A stretch of 63,999 nucleotides of DNA, filler included, from Globobulimina sp. (Eukaryota), in NCBI GenBank assembly GCA_003354225.1. It is 13 parts of 13 records of this genome, joined end to end, with 100 filler letters (N's around TTAATTAATTAA, not from the genome) between each part and the next. Parts side by side here need not be neighbours in the genome. Positions count along the whole stretch, not along the records: positions 59,255 to 63,999 come from PIVH01000955.1; 12 more parts are not named here. One strand, given 5' to 3'. The stretch's first letter is position 1. Each line of letters begins with the position of its first letter. The notes beneath the pieces are model-generated. The model searched no databases. It was not told where the DNA came from and saw nothing but the letters and a program-made list of their open reading frames with translations. Of this stretch, positions 59,270 through 63,999 are shown in pieces. The translations under genes and the position numbers were made by a program.

Positions 59270-62200
59270 ATGTTATCAATGGTGGCACTTGTTTGTTTAT
59301 TATTGAATGCATCAATCGGTAAACATACAAATCATAAACCTAAGAACGAGAATAACAATGACAATGACCAGAGTAATACGTATGACTATGACAAGAATGA
59401 CTATGAAGATCCAATTGTCGAAACCATAGAATTGCATCATTCATGCATTGATTTACCAGATGGAATGTATTATATCAAACCAACCGAGGATGGCTTAGTA
59501 ATCCCTGTAATATGCAGTAACACCTACACAATGATCGATATCTCCCTACATTTCGAGTCCATCACCTCCTATTTCAGCACATGGGATTACAGCAAATCTG
59601 ATACATATATAATTGGCCCAGAATTGGATGACTATGTATCATGGCGCGAGTGGTGGACCATAGCAGATGACACCTTTTTATTTCGACCGGCCTCAAACTG
59701 TCATAAATGTTACACCGACGCAGACGTCGGCGATAATGGCGCATATTATATGTCCTCTTATTATTTCTGTTTCAGCACCGCCATGGAGCCAGAATGCGTC
59801 ATGGATGACACCGACGGCTCTTTCAGCTTCACCGATGGCTTTGACTCGCATGCATGTTCCTGGTGTGACGACGGCAACGGCCACAACGAGGAAACCACCG
59901 CACGGATTTGGACAAAATGTACCTCGCTAAGATTCGACGCAGACACCGTACCAAATAGCGACCATTATAACTGTGTCACGCATGCCTTAGTCTATCGGCC
60001 CTCCGCTGTCACCAATCGCGATGCATGTACATGTTATCGCCCTTCGCATAAAAAGAGCGACACCACCTTCACCGTTAAGTATAGAGCAAAATGCATCAAA
60101 TCCGGACTATGAGTGCGAGGATAACAATATTTTGCATATCCTATTCATATTAAGGTGCCTCTCACTGATTTGCCGCCTGTCACAATCTCAGCCAGTATGG
60201 ATTCAGATATTTACATCGATCCAATGATAATCATCGCCGGCAGTTTGGATGAAGATTACGACACTGATTTCAGTCAATTGTCACAGATATTTCTCTCAAA
60301 CAAAGATTTCGAGTCTGGCACGTATATAATCCGTGAACGCGGCGAATACATCTTGACTGAAAATATTATCCTTGCTTTCAACGAGCCGCCGTCGGACATT
60401 CACGACCTGGACGAGTTCAGTGCCAATGCCTATGACATTGACGATTTATATTGGTATCCACGCCACGATCAATCTGAAAGCTATCCCGGTCTCTATACCT
60501 TTCACAGCAAATTCACATTGGGTTTTTTTGCCGGCATTAGCATCCAATGCGACGATGTCGTTATAAACTTAAACGGCTTTTCCTTATCCATGGATTATAG
60601 ATTTTATTTCCAACAACGTTTCTTTAGTTTAATTGAGTTGGCCAACCAGCCGTTTATTGGCGGACAAGGCCCTGCCAACTGGGGCGCGGATGAGATATTT
60701 GCCAATAATGTCATGATCAAAGACGGCATCTTAGGCTTATCGTCGCATCATAGCATCCACGGCAACCACAACACCAACATCCAGATCAGCAATGTGCGCA
60801 TGACGTCCTTTGATGTGGCCGGCTTTGGCTGTAACGCCTGTCAACAAGTCCTAGTCTCGTCGTGTATCGTCGGTCCACAAAACACCAACATCCCCGTATT
60901 GGGCCGCTACACGCATGCAAGGACCTTCTTGCCCCGCATCCGCCACTTAGTGCAGAACTACGGCGACCAATACATGAGCTTTGCGCACCGCGCACCGATC
61001 TTAGTGAGCGATTTGGCGGACAGAATGATCGCACAAATGGACATGATCTACAATTATTACATCAAAGATGTGCAGTACGATGACAGTGATACGGAATGGC
61101 AGGCGGCCAAGAAATTATTTTTCAACGAAGCTGGCTGGATGGATGGTGGCAGCAGTTATGGTTTGGTGTTCAACGGGGATGGTGCCGCAGTGATTGGTAT
61201 TGGCTGTCGTACGGATCAGACGCAAGATATCACGGTGACGGACGTCGAAATCTATGGTATATATTGCAAACCCATCGAAAAACCTAAATTTCAATCCGAT
61301 GGTGCCATTCGTTTATCTTTTTTTGACAGTTTGGACTGGCCCGCGGTGTTAGATAACGGCTTAGCGGATCCGTACACCGCCACGTATTTAGGCTACAGTT
61401 ATACGGATTTGGTCTTTGCGGTGAACCATTTTGTCACTTCCTGGTATTTTTTGAACTCGTTGCGGATAACGCCGGCGATGCAATTATTTGTGGAGAATGG
61501 CGATGTGGAGAGTCAGACTGCATTCGGTGATGAATATGATGGTATCTGCGGCAGCGACATACAGCTACATTCCAGCAAAGGCGCCATTGGTTTACGAATC
61601 GACGGCACACAGAATATACAGTTAAATAATATCTATGTGCACGATATCCAGAACTGGGGCGATTTAGGCATTTCTTTGTGCGGCGAATACCATTATCCGA
61701 CAGTGTCGCACGAAGACCCTCAAATACAATACGGCTACACTGGCAATCGCGCACAAGGCATTATCGCCTCCTATGCCAGCGGCAGTATGACGGACATTAC
61801 CATTGAAAACATCGAGTCCTATTATGGCTCCGCATGGGGCATGACCTTATACAAAGGCAACGAGTTCGCGCTGAGCAATATCAACGTGCAATCTGTCTAC
61901 GCCGGGACACAGTTAACAGCGTCGCAAGCACAAGATTTGATACTACCAAATAATGTGCCGCTGGCCTGCAGTGTCGAGTTGCGCCAAGGTGCCATTGTCA
62001 CAAATTCAAAAGATTTCGCCGACATTGTCGGTGTGGACGTCATTGGACATAAGTTATGCAATAATCCGACCAATAACTATGGCGATTTATTGGGTGTTTG
62101 TGATGACGAATCCTGCCATATGTATGATGGTGACACTATGAATGGGCTGCCAATGGATGACAGTGACACGGATGACAATGGCAATGACAATGACGACATT

Positions 62201-63999
62201 GACGGGGAGGAGTCTGCTGACAGTGACACCAGTAATGGCAATAACAGTGGCGGGGACCGCATAGAAACTGCGCCCGTTGCTGTTGACCCGCCAGTGTTAC
62301 CGTTGCAATATGTGATTGACGGCGACTCGTTTGAGGATATTGCCGTGCCCGAAGGTGCTGTTGGCGTAGCTTCTGCGTGCAATTATTTATCAGACGGCTT
62401 GCAATACATCCTTCCCTATGGCTATTTTGATCGCGACACAGCGCCATTGTTGCCCGTGAAATGCAGCAGCGGTAATACCATATTGGACGTGTCATTATCC
62501 TTTGATCGGTACAGTAAATATTTCTCCTCCTTATACATGTATGATGTGGGCATCGCAGGTCCCGAAATTGAGGATTTTTCCAGTTGGAGAGAGTGGTTTT
62601 TACCACGCGAAGCCAGTACGGATTTTATATACGGCGTATCTGATAACTGCAACAGTGACTGCTTGACTGCCGACCATAGCGTACAGGATACAGCGTATTA
62701 CATGACCGGCAATTTTTATTTGTGCGCCTGGATCACCAAAGGAGACTGTGATATGGATGCGGAGACTTATGAATGTTATCAATGTGCCAGACATGGCGGC
62801 CGATCTTCTTCTATATATCCCGGCGTCTGTTCGCACGTAGCACAAAGTGCGGATTTTGCTGTACATAGCGACCACTTTCAATGTACGGGAAACAATGATA
62901 ACTTGAAGCCGTCCATCGGTTTACTACATCAATTTTGTGTGTGTTATAACCCAACGATTAGCGGGTTGTACCAATCGTATCTATTCCTGGATGACCGGCA
63001 ATATAACAAACAATTGCTGGACTTTGCTGCGGAGGACACGGACGCTGCAGAGGCAGTGGATGATGGCAGTAATAATATTGTATATTTGTCCAATGCTGAC
63101 TTTGTAGCTGGTACTTATCGCATTTTATCGGCTGGGATCTACATATTAACGGAAGATATTTTATTAAATTTTAATGCGCCGAGTGACGCGGAACGGGATG
63201 ATGCAGATTTTAGTCCGAATAGCTATGATTTCGATTATTGGCAGCCAAAATCCGATGGCAGTCAAGACGAGGAATACTTTGGTGCCTCCACTTGGAGCGG
63301 TCCCTATCAGTTAGGCTTTTTTAGCGGCGTCACCATTGAATGTGGCAATGTCATCATTGATTTGAACGGCTTTTCTATCGGAATGAGCGAGCAATTTTAT
63401 CTGCAACAACGTTTTTTTAGCATCTTTGAATTGGCAGCAAAGAATTTTGTGGCTGGACAGGGCCCCGTCGACTTTGGGCCATATTTGAATGCCGCCAATA
63501 ATGTCATTATTAAAAACGGCATCATTGACAAAGTGACGCATCATGGCATCCATGGTAACGATGCGTCGTCCATCACCTTATCCAATTTGCAAATCTTAAA
63601 TTTCGATGTGGCCGGCATTCAATTGAATGGTTTTAACGATATCACCATTGAAAATTGCGACATTGGCCCGTCCTCTGTCAATATCCCAGTAACGGGACGC
63701 TATTTGCACGCACGTACATTATTGAAAAGATTCCGCCATTTGGTGGATAATTATGGCGATGAGGCGTTGACATTTTATAAGCGGCAAAGTCACACAGTGC
63801 GGCAATATGTGGATGAGCTCATATTGCAAATGGATATGGTCTATTTCCATGTGATTGACGGTGTGCAATATGAGTCTGACGATGCGCGGTGGCTAAAAGC
63901 GTCGGATTTGTTTTTAAATCCAAACGAGAATGGCTATGGTGATGGCGGTGTGGTGTATGGCATCTTACTGAACAGCCGAGGTGGAGCGGTCATGGGTTT
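59270..63999 (+). CDS. Very large secreted acidic protein, [Cys-rich module + parallel beta-helix-like domain] x2, 3'-partial
   Basis: Signal peptide MLSMVALVCLLLNASIG; intron 60074-60154; exon 2 (60155-63999) translated by hand with no stop. The internal duplication includes LGFF.G..I.C..V.I.LNGFS..M...FY.QQRFFS..ELA...F..GQGP and HH.IHGN. Confidence 0.9.

Noticed and set aside
60372-63553. Many short ORFs listed on both strands in the last contig
   Set aside because: They are shadows of the single long plus-strand exon 60155-63999.
59255-63999. Higher-GC last contig as bacterial or viral contamination
   Set aside because: It has a GTTAAG...AAG intron with an in-frame stop, matching the host splice style.

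Overview
This is not one locus. It is 13 unrelated AT-rich contigs of about 4.8 kb each, sorted by decreasing length and joined by 12 artificial 100-bp spacers (N44-TTAATTAATTAA-N44), so gene order across spacers is meaningless. The DNA is nuclear and eukaryotic: gene-dense, standard genetic code, short GT-AG introns (mostly about 55-95 nt) and very short head-to-head intergenic gaps. The expanded Kelch, SAM, 7TM and PPR families suggest a rhizarian, probably a foraminiferan (inference). Recognisable genes: rpL23a, phosphatidylserine synthase, TIM44, ARMH1, an ammonium transporter, a DDX60-like helicase, ferroportin, S-formylglutathione hydrolase, a CTL/SLC44 transporter, CDKAL1, HECT and RING ligases. 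Top leads: (1) a free-standing, prokaryote/phage-type two-motif LAGLIDADG plus NUMOD1 endonuclease directly behind an intron-bearing esterase D gene; (2) a >1,500-aa secreted acidic protein mostly missed by the ORF track, built as [Cys-rich module + His-motif beta-helix] x2; (3) an ATG22/UMF1-type MFS transporter with a jacalin-like domain spliced into a loop; (4) an SRAP/HMCES homologue lacking all three catalytic residues; (5) a RasGEF-like protein with RanBP2 zinc fingers and a PUB domain; (6) a minimal actin, a 7TM-RGS and a GLB3-like truncated globin. All family calls come from reading motifs by eye; no searches were run.
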